This document shows, one piece after another, positions 53,436-64,000 of a stretch of 64,000 nt of DNA. The stretch's first letter is position 1. Each line of letters begins with the position of its first letter. The stretch spans positions 123,320,001 through 123,384,000 of the forward strand of contig NC_086097.1 of assembly GCF_963921235.1 (NCBI RefSeq), written 5' to 3'. Source of the stretch: Mobula hypostoma. Taxonomy: Eukaryota. A program made the position numbers and the translations under genes. The notes beneath the pieces were generated by a model. That model saw nothing but the letters and a program-made list of their open reading frames with translations, ran no database searches and was not told the DNA's origin.

Positions 53436-53754
53436 AAATATTTAATATATTTACATTTATTATTTTTATTATACTGAAGTATATTATAGTATATTTATTT
53501 AATATACATATATATATATTTCTTATGTTAGATTTCACTTTTAGTGGAGGGGAAGGTTAGATTGATCTTCGAGCAGGTTAAAGGATCAACACAACATTGT
53601 GGGCCAAAAGGCCTGCCCTTTGTTGTAATGTTCTATTTATAGTAGATTGATGTATTGCACCGCACTATCGCCACAAACAGCAAAATTCACAACCTGATCC
53701 TGATTGTGACTCCAAAAGTAAATGTTTATGAATTGTAGTTATCCCCTCAGAACT

Positions 53755-54760
53755 ATTAAATAAGCTTCAAGACGTCAGCCACAATACCTCCTTATGCAAT
53801 TGGATTCTCGATTTCCTGACTTGCAGACCTCAGTCAGTTTGGATTGGCAACAACATCTCCTCCACATCTCCACCGGCAGAGGTGCACCACAGGGCTGTGT
53901 GCTCAGCCCCCTGCTCTACTCGCTTTACACTTATGACTATGTGGCTCAGCCCAGCTCCAATGCCACATTCTAGCTTGCTGGCAACACCACTGGCATAGAC
54001 TGAATCAAAGGTGATGACCAATCTGCATATCGGAGGAAGATTGAAAATATGGTTCAACAGTTAAATAACAACAACCTCTCACTCAATGCCAGCAAGACCA
54101 AGGAGCTGATTATGGACATCAGGAGGAAGAAACCGGGGGTCTATGAGTCAGTCCTCATCGGAGGATCAGACATGGAGAGGGTAACCAACATTAAATTCCT
54201 CAGAGTTATTATATTTCAGAGGACCTGTCCTGGGTTCAGCACATTAAGTACAATTATGAAAAAAGCGCTACTTCCTTAGGTGTTTGCAAAGATTCAGCTG
54301 ACATCTAAAACTTTGAGAAATTTCTATAGATTTTTAGTGGAGAGTATATTGACTGGCTGCATCACAGCCTGTCATGGAAACACGAATGCCTTTGAATGGA
54401 AAATTGTACAGAAAATAGTGGATACGGCCCAGTCCATCACAGGTAAAGCCCTACCCACCATCTGCACAGAGCGGTGTCACAGGAAAGCAGCATCCATCAT
54501 CAGGGATCCCCACCACCCAGGTCACACACTCTGTCTACTGCTGCCGCCAGGAGGAAGGTACAGGAGCCTCAGGACTCACATCACCAGGTTCAGGAACAGT
54601 TATTACTCCTCAACCACCAGGCTCTCGAATCAAAGGAGATAACTTCACTCACCTTCATTTGCCCCATCATTGAATTGCTGCCACAACCTATGTACTCACT
54701 TTCAAGGACTCTTCATCTCATGTTCTGGATATTTATGGCTTAATTATCTATTACTAATGT
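53755..54760 (+). mobile_element. Rex1/Babar-like LINE 3' portion
   Basis: [48 protein letters not shown]. Confidence 0.8.
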
Positions 54761-54799
54761 TTCTTGTGATTTCAGAGTCTCATTCTTGCATGCAGAGGA

Positions 54800-55415
54800 C
54801 TAAGTAGAATATAAAAGCAAGGATGTAATGCTGAGGTTTTATAAGGTATTGGTCAGACTGCACTTGAAGAATTGTGAGCAGTTTTTGACCTCTTATCTAA
54901 GAAAAGATGTGCTGGCATTGGAGAGGGTCCAGAAGAGGTTCACAAGAATGACCCCAGGAATGAAAGAGTTAGCATATGAAGAGCATTTTATAGCTCTGGG
55001 CCTGTAGTTGCTGGAGTTTAGAATAATGAAGGGAGATCTAATTGAAACCCATCGAATATTAAAAGCCCCAGAGAGGGTGTGGAGAGAACATTTCCTATTG
55101 TGGGGGAGTCTAGGACCGGAGGCACAGCCTCAGAATACAAGAACGGTGCTTTAAAATGGAGATGAGGAGGAATTTTAGCTGAAGGGTCGTGAATCTGTGA
55201 AATTCATTGCCACCGACAGCATTGGAGGTCAAGTCATTGGTATATTTAAAGTGGAGGTTAATAGGCTCTTTATTTGTAAGGGAGTCAAAGATCACGGGAG
55301 AAGGCAGAAGAATGGTATTGAGAGGGATAACACATCAGCCATCATGGAATGGCACAGCAGACTCAAAGAGCCAAATGGTCCAGTTCTGCTCCTACGCCTT
55401 ATGATGGTGCGGTCT
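54800..55415 (+). mobile_element. CR1 3' fragment
   Basis: EYKSKDVMLRFYKVLVRLHL..ERVQKRFTRM followed by CR1 3' UTR. Confidence 0.8.
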
Positions 55416-55425
55416 TACAGCTGAG

Positions 55426-55896
55426 CTCCTCTGGGGTGCTGCAGACAGTGGAAACATTATTTCAGTATGCTGGTCTGCTCTACCACACTCCCTGGATTCT
55501 CTGGTATACATGTGCCTGGATTACACATGACACTCTGATCCAGGATACTGACAGGTAGCAGACCACCATTTGCTATCAGGACAACTGACTGGATGACGAG
55601 CACTACCCTGCACGAGGTACAAGATATGATCACACTCGAACTGCACACATAGGAAGTTGAATTTCAAATTAAACCTCCATGGATGCAAAGATCAAGGAGG
55701 ATCAACCTTATTCACTGTTTACATGTATTGGGAATTTGCTGTGGTGTGGTGCCAAGACATGCAATAAAATAAACAACAATTATAAGAATTATATAAAAAA
55801 GCTTGGAGGTTAAAGTACAGATATGGAATTAAATGTGCATAAATACCAGCATGTATTTACAATGTAAACAGCATTATAAAAACCTGGTTTAAAGTG
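55426..55896 (+). repeat. Local direct duplication, copy 2
   Basis: Matches 42739-43216 in the same orientation. Confidence 0.9.
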
Positions 55897-56371
55897 TGGA
55901 CAGTTACCGAGGGAACGGTGGGGGTGGGCAAACTGGAATGGTTGACCAGCTTAACTGTCTGGGTGAAGAAACTTTTGAGATGGCGTGAAGCTTTTGTTTT
56001 AATAGCCCCATAGCACTTTCGAGAAGGGAGATTTTCGAAAAGAGAGTTCGCAGGGTGGGTGTGTCCACAATGATTTTTCTTGCCCGTTTCTTTCTCGTGG
56101 ACACATTTCGAGTCCTGCAGTATTGGTAGACTGCGGCCAGGATATTTTCAGTTGACCCGACAGTTCGCTATAGTTTTTGTATATTGCATTATATCTTCAA
56201 ATTCACTTATGACATTCGTATAATGATATAGATCTAACTGAGGGCATCCTGCACCATGGGGAATGTACAGACCTGGTATACTGCATATTTATTGTACATG
56301 CCTTTGGTGCACGTAGGACAATGGGTTACACTGAGTAATATGGAACGTAGAGAGGGTCTGTGGTCTTTCTG

Positions 56372-57408
56372 AGGCTACGTCCACACTACACCAGATAATT
56401 TTGAAAACGCTGGTTTTGAGTAAAAACGACAGGCATCCACTCTAAGCGTTTTTCAAAATATCTCTGTCCACATTAGACGGATATTTGGGCAAATCTCCTC
56501 CTACTGGGCATGCGCAGGACACACAGAAAACAAGCGAAGAGGAAACTGTATACTTGGTGCACGTTTGTCCAGTTATGGAGTAGAAAAAGTTAAAAGGAAT
56601 TGCTCTTGGCTCTCGCGCAGGAGGACTTAAAAAAAAACAAATACTGGAGCGTATGGAGGCAGCTGACAGGGAGCTCACGGACAATATGACCCGGCTGACG
56701 ACGAACATTGAAAAACTGACTAACTCCGTTGCATTAATAAAGTACCTTGTTAAATGTATAAAACATGCCTGCATCAGTGTTATCTTGTATTTCCATACAA
56801 TGTTACATTAGGCTGTTACACATCTATTGTCAGAGAAGTACTTGCAAGTTCTTTGTTCTTGATCCTCCAAAATATTCTGCATGGAATTTGAACTGGAGGT
56901 GGCGGAGGGTGTTTTCTGTCCTTACCTTCATACAAGCAAGGACAGAAAACAGGGCAAAGTGAGTATACTTATTTATTCAGTAAGCTATGGGTCAAAGTAT
57001 TTGGTGAGTACATTTCTAACTCTTCTGGCTTCAGTCTCGTTGCTGTCTGTTCTGAAATTGTCAGGTTCTGCGAAGCGCAGAATCAAATATCGCTGTGATG
57101 ACTGTACGCTCTAGTATCAACTGTTTGGCGACAGTAAAGTAGTAATAATAATAATAATAATAAAACAATGAAATGCCGTGCTGCCACCATCTGTTCCGGC
57201 ACGTCATGACAGCGGTTTTAAAAAGCTCCGGTTACCCCGTACACACCGCAAAGGATATTAGGTGTTTTCAGATTTATTCATTCTGGAGACCGTTTCTGAA
57301 AATCTCCGTTTTCAGTGGCTGAAAATGCCATTTCAGTGTGGACGGAAGGTCAAAACGAAGAGAAAAAGCTTTGTTTTCAAAATTTTCCGGCGTAGTGTGG
57401 ACGTAGCC
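56372..57408 (+). mobile_element. Non-autonomous PIF/Harbinger-like DNA transposon, copy A
   Basis: TIR GGCTACGTCCACACTAC / GTAGTGTGGACGTAGCC; flanks CTG / CTA; convergent coding remnants inside. Confidence 0.8.
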
Positions 57409-57756
57409 CTATTCAACAGTGAAGGCAAACTGGCATTTGCTGCTTGTATTAATAGCCGTAGCAGAAATCTGTGTAAGGCACAGTTTATGGTCATTGTGGC
57501 CTGAGTGGGTACTAACGAAGCTCTGTGAATGTAATTATGGCCACAGTATGCCACATTTTTCAGTGCAGAGCTTTTACTGACCTGAAGACATCTGAAGTAC
57601 ATCAGCAGATTTTTCTCCTGAAGTCCTTTGTTGGGTAGCACTGCCAGCTCAGGGCTCCCTCTGACCATTCCTACTCCTTCAGCTTCTATCTAGCAAGATA
57701 TCGAATTCTTTCAATATTCCAAAAGCATGATACTGTACCCGATACTTTATAGTAAT

Positions 57757-57964
57757 TTTAACGCAAACAACAGGAATTCTGCAGATGCTGGAAATTCAAG
57801 CAACACACATCAAAGTTGCTGGTGAACGCAGCAGGTCAAGCAGCATCTCTAGGAAGAGGTACAGTCGACGTTTCAGGCCGAGACCCTTCGTCAGGACGTC
57901 GACTGCACCTCTTCCTACAGATGCTGCTTGGCCTGCTGCGTTCACCAGCAACTTTGATGTGTGT
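57757..57964. mobile_element. Penelope-derived fold-back mini-element with intact hammerhead and 14-bp TSD
   Basis: TSD TACTTTATAGTAAT at 57743-57756 and 57965-57978; arms nearly identical to the ends of the 44040 element; hammerhead on minus strand at 57863-57897. Confidence 0.88.
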
Positions 57965-58089
57965 TACTTTATAGTAATGGTGATCTCTTTTCCCACAGAA
58001 ACTGCACTCCCTGAAGGTGTCACCATCAGTTACCAATGGGCAGCACGGTAGTGTAGTAGTTAACACATCACTTCCCCACGCCAGCAATC

Positions 58090-58650
58090 AGATAGTTAAA
58101 TAGATAGATACTTTATTGATCCCAAAGGAAGTTACAGTGTCACAAGGAATACAAGTGCACAGATATAGAGGTTTGAAGAGAAGTAAGAATGAATAAAAAA
58201 TATAAGTTATCTCAAACAGTCTTAACAAGAGGAGGTCATCACTTTCCCAGCTATAGGTGGACTCATTATAGAGCCTAATAGCCGAGGATAAGAATGACCT
58301 CATATAGCGCTCTTTGGAGCAGTGCAGTTGTCTATTACTAAAAGTGCTCCTCTCTTCTGCCAAGGTGGCATGCAGAGGGTGAGAACCACTGTCCAGAATT
58401 GCAATGATTTTCCATAAGGTCCTTTGTTCTACCACAGTCTTCAGTGTGTCCAGTTTGACTCCTAGAACAGATCCAGCCGTTCTAATCAGTTTATTGAACC
58501 TGTTGGCATCATCCATTTTAATGCCATAGAAGATTGTACTGGCGACAACAGACTGGTAGAACATGTGAAGGAGAGGCTTACATACTCCAAAGGACCTCAG
58601 TCTTCTCAGGAAGTAGAGGCAACTCTGGCCCTTCTTGTACACAGCCTCTG
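58090..58650 (-). mobile_element. Rex1/Babar LINE 3' fragment, host of Harbinger copy B
   Basis: EAVYKKGQSCLYFLRRLRSF..HPLH; AATAAA plus (TATC)n tail; frame resumes beyond 62891. Confidence 0.85.
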
Positions 58651-59509
58651 GGTACGTCCACACTACGCTGGATAATTTTGAAAACAAAGCTTTTTCTCTT
58701 CGTTTTGACCTCCCATCCACACTGAGCCGGCGTTTTCAGCCCCCGAAAACGGAGATTTTCAGAAACGGTCTCCAGAGTGAATAAATCTGAAAACGCCAAA
58801 TATCTGTTGTAGTGTGTACGGGGTAACCGGAGAGATTTAAAAACGCTGTCATGACAACACCTCAACAACAACGCTTTTATGCTTCTGCTTGGTACTGCGC
58901 AAGGACTGCCATACGGCTGTTATAACGCGCAGTCGGTGTGAACGGCGTGAGAGTTAAATTGTAAACTGAGCTTTTTTGACTATTTAAAAACGCTGTCATG
59001 ACGTGCCGGAACAGACGGCCGCAGTTTCGCATTTCGTTGTTTTCTTGAATGCAACCCTCCACATAACCTAACAAGACGGCAACGAGACTGAAGCCAGAAG
59101 AGTTAGAAATGTACTCACCAAATACTTTGACCCGTAGCTTACTGAATAAATAAGTATACTCACTTTGCCCTGTTTTCTGTCCTTGCTTGTATGAAGGTGG
59201 TTTACCTATTTATGCAAGTACTTCTCTGACAATAGATGTGTCACAGCCTAATGTAACATTGTATGGAAATACAAGATAACACTGATGCAGACATTTAACA
59301 AGGTGCTTTATTACTGCAACAGAGTTAGTCAGTTTTTCAATGTTCATCGTCAGCCGGGTTATACTGTCCGTGAACTCCCTGTCGGTTGCCTCCATACGCT
59401 CCAGTATTTGTTTTTTTTAGTTTTAAGTCCTCCTGCAAGATCCAAGAACAATTCTTTTTAAGTTTTTCTACTCTGTAACTGGACAAACGCGCACCAAGTA
59501 TATCGTTTT

Positions 59510-62500
59510 GGGCTACTGAGGTGACCTTAAACTAGAATGGGCTACTGAGGTGACTTTAAACTAGAATGGTTGGGGGGTGGGAATCAAATTAAAGAGGCTG
59601 GGCGTGAGGAGGTTAGTTCACAACAGGGGGATGGGAACCAGTGCAGAGAGACAGAGGGGTGTAAAGTGAGGGTAGAAGCAAAAAGTACTAAGGAGAAAAG
59701 TAAAAGTGGCAGGCCGACAAATCCAGGGCAAGCATTAAAAAGGGCCACTTTTCAACATAATTGTATAAGGGCTAAGAGAGTTGTAAAAGAGCGCCTGAAG
59801 GCTTTGTGTGTCAATGCAAGGAGCATTCGTAATAAGGTGGATGAATTGAAAGTGCAGATTGTTATTAATGATTATGATATAGTTGGGATCACAGAGACAT
59901 GGCTCCAGGGTGACCAAGGATGGGAGCTCAACGTTCAGGGATATTCAATATTCAGGAGGGATAGACATGAAGGAAGGGGAGGTGGGGTGGCATTGCTGGT
60001 TAAAGAAGAGATTAACGCAATAGAAAGGAAGGACATAAGCCGGGAAGATGTGGAATCGATATGGGTAGAACTGCGTAACACTAAGGGGCAGAAGACGCTG
60101 GTGAGAGTTGTGTACAGGCCACCTAACAGTAGTAGTGAGGTCGGAGATGGTACTAAACAGGAAATTAGAAATGTGTGCAATAAAGGAACAGCAGTTATAA
60201 TGGGTGACTTCAATCTACATGTAGATTGGGTGAACCAAATTGGTAAAGGTGCTGAGGAAGAGGATTTCTTGGAATGTATGCGGGATGGTTTTTTGAACCA
60301 ACACGTCGAGGAACCAACTAGAGAGCAGGCTATTCTGGACTGGGTTTTGAGCAATGAGGAAGGGTTAATTAGCAATCTTGTCGTGAGAGGCCCCTTGGAT
60401 AAGAGTGACCATAATATGGTGGAATTCTTCATTAGGATGGAGAGTGACATAGTTAATTCAGAAACAAAGGTTCTGAACTTAAAGAGGGGTAACCTTGAAG
60501 GTATGAGACGTTAATTAGCTACGATAGACTGGCAAATGACACTTAAAAGGATTGATGGTGGATATGCAATGGCAAGCATTTAAAGGTTGCATGGATGAAC
60601 TACAACAATTGTTCATCCCAGTTTGGCAAAAGAATAAATCAAGGAAGGTAGTGCACCCGTGGCTGACAAGAGAAATTAGGGATAGTATCAATTCCAAAGA
60701 AGAAGCATACAAATTAGCCAGAGAAAGTGGCTCACCTGAGGACTGGGAGAAATTCAGAGTTCAGCAGAGGAGGACAAAGGGCTTAATTAGGAAGGGGAAA
60801 AACGATTATGAGAGAAAACTGGCAGGGAACATAAAAACTGACTGCAAAAGCTTTCATAGATATGTAAAAAGGAAAAGACTGGTAAAGACAAATGTAGGTC
60901 CCCTACAGACAGAAACAGGTGAATTGATTATGGGGAGCAAGGACATGGCAGACCAATTGAATAATTACTTTGGTTCTGTCTTCACTAAGGAGGACATAAA
61001 TAATCTTCCAGAAATAGTAGGGGACAGAGGGTCCAGTGAGATGGAGGAACTGAGCGAAATACATGTTAGTAGGGAAGTGGTGTTAGGTAAATTGAAGGGA
61101 TTGAAGGCAGATAAATCCCCAAGGTCAGATGGTCTGCATCCTAGAGTGCTTAAGGAAGTAGCCCAAGAAATAGTGGATGCATCAGTGATAATTTTTCAAA
61201 ACTCGTTAGATTCTGGACTAGTTCCTGAGGATTGGAGGGTGGCTAATGTAACCCCACTTTTTAAAAAAGGAGGGAGAGAGAAACCGGGGAATTATAGACC
61301 GGTTAGCCTAACGTCGGTGGTGGGGAAACTGCTGGAGTCAGTTATCAAAGATGTGATAACAGCACATTTGGAAAGCGGTGAAATCATCGGACAAAGTCAG
61401 CGTGGATTTGTGAAAGGAAAATCATGTCTGACGAATCTCATAGAATTTTTTGAGGATGTAACTAGTAGAGTGGATAGGGGAGAACCAGTGGATGTGGTAT
61501 ATTTGGATTTTCAAAAGGCTTTTGACAAGGTCCCACACAGGAGATTAGTGTGCAAACTTAAAGCACACGGTATTGGGGGTAAGGTATTGATGTGGATGGA
61601 GAATTGGTTAGCAGACAGGAAGCAAAGAGTGGGAATAAACGGGACCTTTTCAGAATGGCAGGCAGTGACTAGTGGGGTACCGCAAGGCTCAGTGCTGGGA
61701 CCCCAGTTGTTTACAATATATACTAATGACTTGGATGAGGGAATTAAATGCAGCATCTCCAAGTTTGCGGATGACACGAAGCTGGGTGGCAGTGTTAGCT
61801 GTGAGGAGGATGCTAAGAGGATGCAGAGTGACTTGGATAGGTTGGGTGAGTGGGCAAATTCATGGCAGATGCAATTTAATGTGGATAAATGTGAAGTTAT
61901 CCACTTTGGTGGCAAAAATAGGAAAACAGATTATTATCTGAATGGTGGCCGATTAGGAAAAGGGGAGGTGCAACGAGACCTGGGTGTCATTATACACCAG
62001 TCATTGAAAGTGGGCATGCAGGTACAGCAGGCGGTGAAAAAGGCGAATGGTATGCTGGCATTTATAGCGAATGGTATGCTGGCATTTATAGTGAGAGGAT
62101 TCGAGTACAGGAGCAGGGAGGTACTACTGCAGTTGTACAAGGCCTTGGTGAGACCACACCTGGAGTATTGTGTGCAGTTTTGGTCCCCTAATCTGAGGAA
62201 AGACATCCTTGCCATAGAGGGAGTACAAAGAAGGTTCACCAAATTGATTCCTGGGATGGCAGGACTTTCATATGAAGAAAGACTGGATGAACTGGGCTTG
62301 TACTCGTTGGAATTTAGAAGATTGAGGGGGATCTAATTGAAACGTATAAAATCCTAAAGGGATTGGACAGGCTAGATGCAGGAAGATTGTTCCCGAAGTT
62401 GGGGAAGTCCAGAACAAGGGGTCACAGTTTGAGGATAAAGGGGAAGCCTTTTAGGACCGAGATTAGGAAAAACTTCTTCACACAGAGAGTGGTGAATCTG

Positions 62501-62715
62501 TGGAATTCTCTGCCACAGGAAACAGTTGAGGCCAGTTCATTGGCTATATTTAAGAGGGAGTTAGATATGGCCCTTGTGGCTACGGGGATCAGGGGGTATG
62601 GAGGGAAGGCTGGGGCGGGGTTCTGAGTTGGATGATCAGCCATGATCATAATAAATGGCGGTGCAGGCTCGAAGGGCCGAATGGCCTACTCCTGCACCTA
62701 TTTTCTATGTTTCTA
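59510..62715 (+). mobile_element. CR1 LINE truncated at the ORF1/ORF2 boundary, 6-bp TSD
   Basis: CGTTTT at 59504-59509 and 62716-62721; TTTCTATG tail; nearly complete ORF2. Confidence 0.93.
59570..62626 (+). pseudogene. CR1 ORF2 (APE endonuclease plus RT) with a stop and frameshifts
   Basis: CVNARSI, GITETW, MGDFN, SDH; YLDFQKAFD, GVPQGSVLGP, SKFADD; breaks near 60514-60552 and 62336. Confidence 0.93.
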
Positions 62716-63544
62716 CGTTTTCTCTTCGCTTGTTTTCTGTGTGTCCTGCGCGTGCCCAGTAGGAGGAGATTCGCCCAAATATCCATCTAATGTGGACAGA
62801 GATATTTTGAAAAACGCTTAGTGTGGACACCTGTCGTTTTTACTCGAAACCGGCGTTTTCAAAATTATCCTGCGTAGTGTAGACGTAGCCTCTGTATTGC
62901 CGCCATTCACCGATCAGTATCACGTTATTACCAGTATGTGAAACGTAGCAGAATTAATTGTGGTTCGGTGCCAAGCATAAAACACAGGACAATATCATAA
63001 CAGACAACACAATAGCAACCAACAATTTACAAGACAGTAGTGCAAACAGCCAAGAGCAATTGACAATTAGCAGAATGATGACATGTACAAACGTTAATAA
63101 TCAAACTTAAATAAATATGAACAGACACAATAATTACCAACAGAACAACAAGAACAGGAAAGGCCACTTAACAGATGTTGTGCCGGGAGTCGGATATTAC
63201 AGCTGAGTGAGTTTTGCTGGGATGCTGGATCGCTACAGGGAACAAGCTTCGGAGATGAGGTGTAATCCTGGTGTTGATAGGTCTGTAGCGTCTCCCTGAT
63301 GGCAATTTGGTGAATAGGTGATGCTGGTGTGGGTGGAGTCAGCAGTAACCTTTTCAGCTCTTTTCTTCGCTCTGGCAATAAACAGGTCTTTTAATGTCAG
63401 TAATTGAAAGCCAATGACCTTCTCCGGTGAGTGGACAACTCCCAGCAGTCTGGAGGGGTCAGCGGGAAACCAAATGGTACATTTTCCCTGTCAGCTTCCT
63501 CCAGGTGCTCCAGTTTCCTTCCACATTCCAAGGATATACGGCTA

Positions 63545-63897
63545 ACAGAGAAACACAGAAAACCTACAGCATAACACAGGCCCTTCAGCCCACAATGCTG
63601 GGCCGAACATGTCCTTACTTTAGAAATTACCGGTGGTGTCCCATAGCCCTCTATTTTTCTAAGCTCCATGTACTTATCCAGGAGTCTCTTAAAAGACCCT
63701 ATTGTATCCGCCTCCACCACCGTTGCCGGCAGCCCATTCCACGCACTCACCACTCTGCATAAAAACTTACCCCTGACATCTCCTCTGTACCTACTTCCAA
63801 GCACCTTAAAACTGCGCCCTCTCGTTAGCTATTTCAACCCTGGGAAAAAGCCTCTGACTATCCACGCGATCAATGCCTCTTATCATCTTGTATACCT
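63545..63897 (-). mobile_element. CR1 3' fragment
   Basis: LGSRYRGDVRGKF..RVVSAWNGLP..GSFKRLLDKYM plus tail; interrupts a V-SINE fragment. Confidence 0.8.
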
Positions 63898-64000
63898 AAA
63901 GGCTAGGTTTAGGGTTAGTGAGCTGTGAGCATGCTGTGTTGGCACCAAGAGTGGGGTAGCACTGCGACTTGGCAACACAATCCTCACAGATTTGATTTGA

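Larger units (their letters stand above)
58651..62891 (-). mobile_element. Non-autonomous PIF/Harbinger-like transposon, copy B (58651-59509 plus 62716-62891), split by CR1
   Basis: Reverse-complement homolog of copy A; CTG duplicated at 58648-58650 and 62892-62894. Confidence 0.85.

Noticed and set aside
59510..59567. CRISPR-like 29-bp repeats
   Set aside because: Two adjacent copies with no spacer, derived from CR1, in eukaryotic DNA.

Overview
Eukaryotic, repeat-dominated, non-genic DNA (intergenic or deep intronic). The repeat inventory (CR1 with SGNH-esterase ORF1, Rex1/Babar-like LINEs, RTE, L1, Penelope-like elements, V-domain tRNA SINEs, Tc1 and Harbinger derivatives) points to a vertebrate, most likely a cartilaginous fish (inference from repeat families only). 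I found no host protein-coding exon, rRNA/tRNA gene or CRISPR array; every recognisable ORF belongs to a degraded transposon. Main elements: a full-length L1 with an 18-bp TSD but lacking the RT core (35450-40646), a near full-length CR1 (45135-49270, minus strand), an RTE (32950-35104), a Penelope-like GIY-YIG element with inverted pLTRs (44040-45106), and two inverted non-autonomous Harbinger copies, one within a three-level nest (Rex-like > Harbinger > CR1). The most interesting structures are (i) Penelope-derived fold-back insertions carrying minimal hammerhead ribozymes, including a ~210-bp TSD-flanked hairpin whose arm junction lies at the ribozyme cleavage site, (ii) a composite transposon made of two inverted ~65-bp mini-MITEs around captured sequence, (iii) a ~470-bp local duplication including non-repeat flank, and (iv) an extended CTCF motif in a unique island. 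Boundaries of old fragments are approximate; family names were assigned by eye, without database searches.
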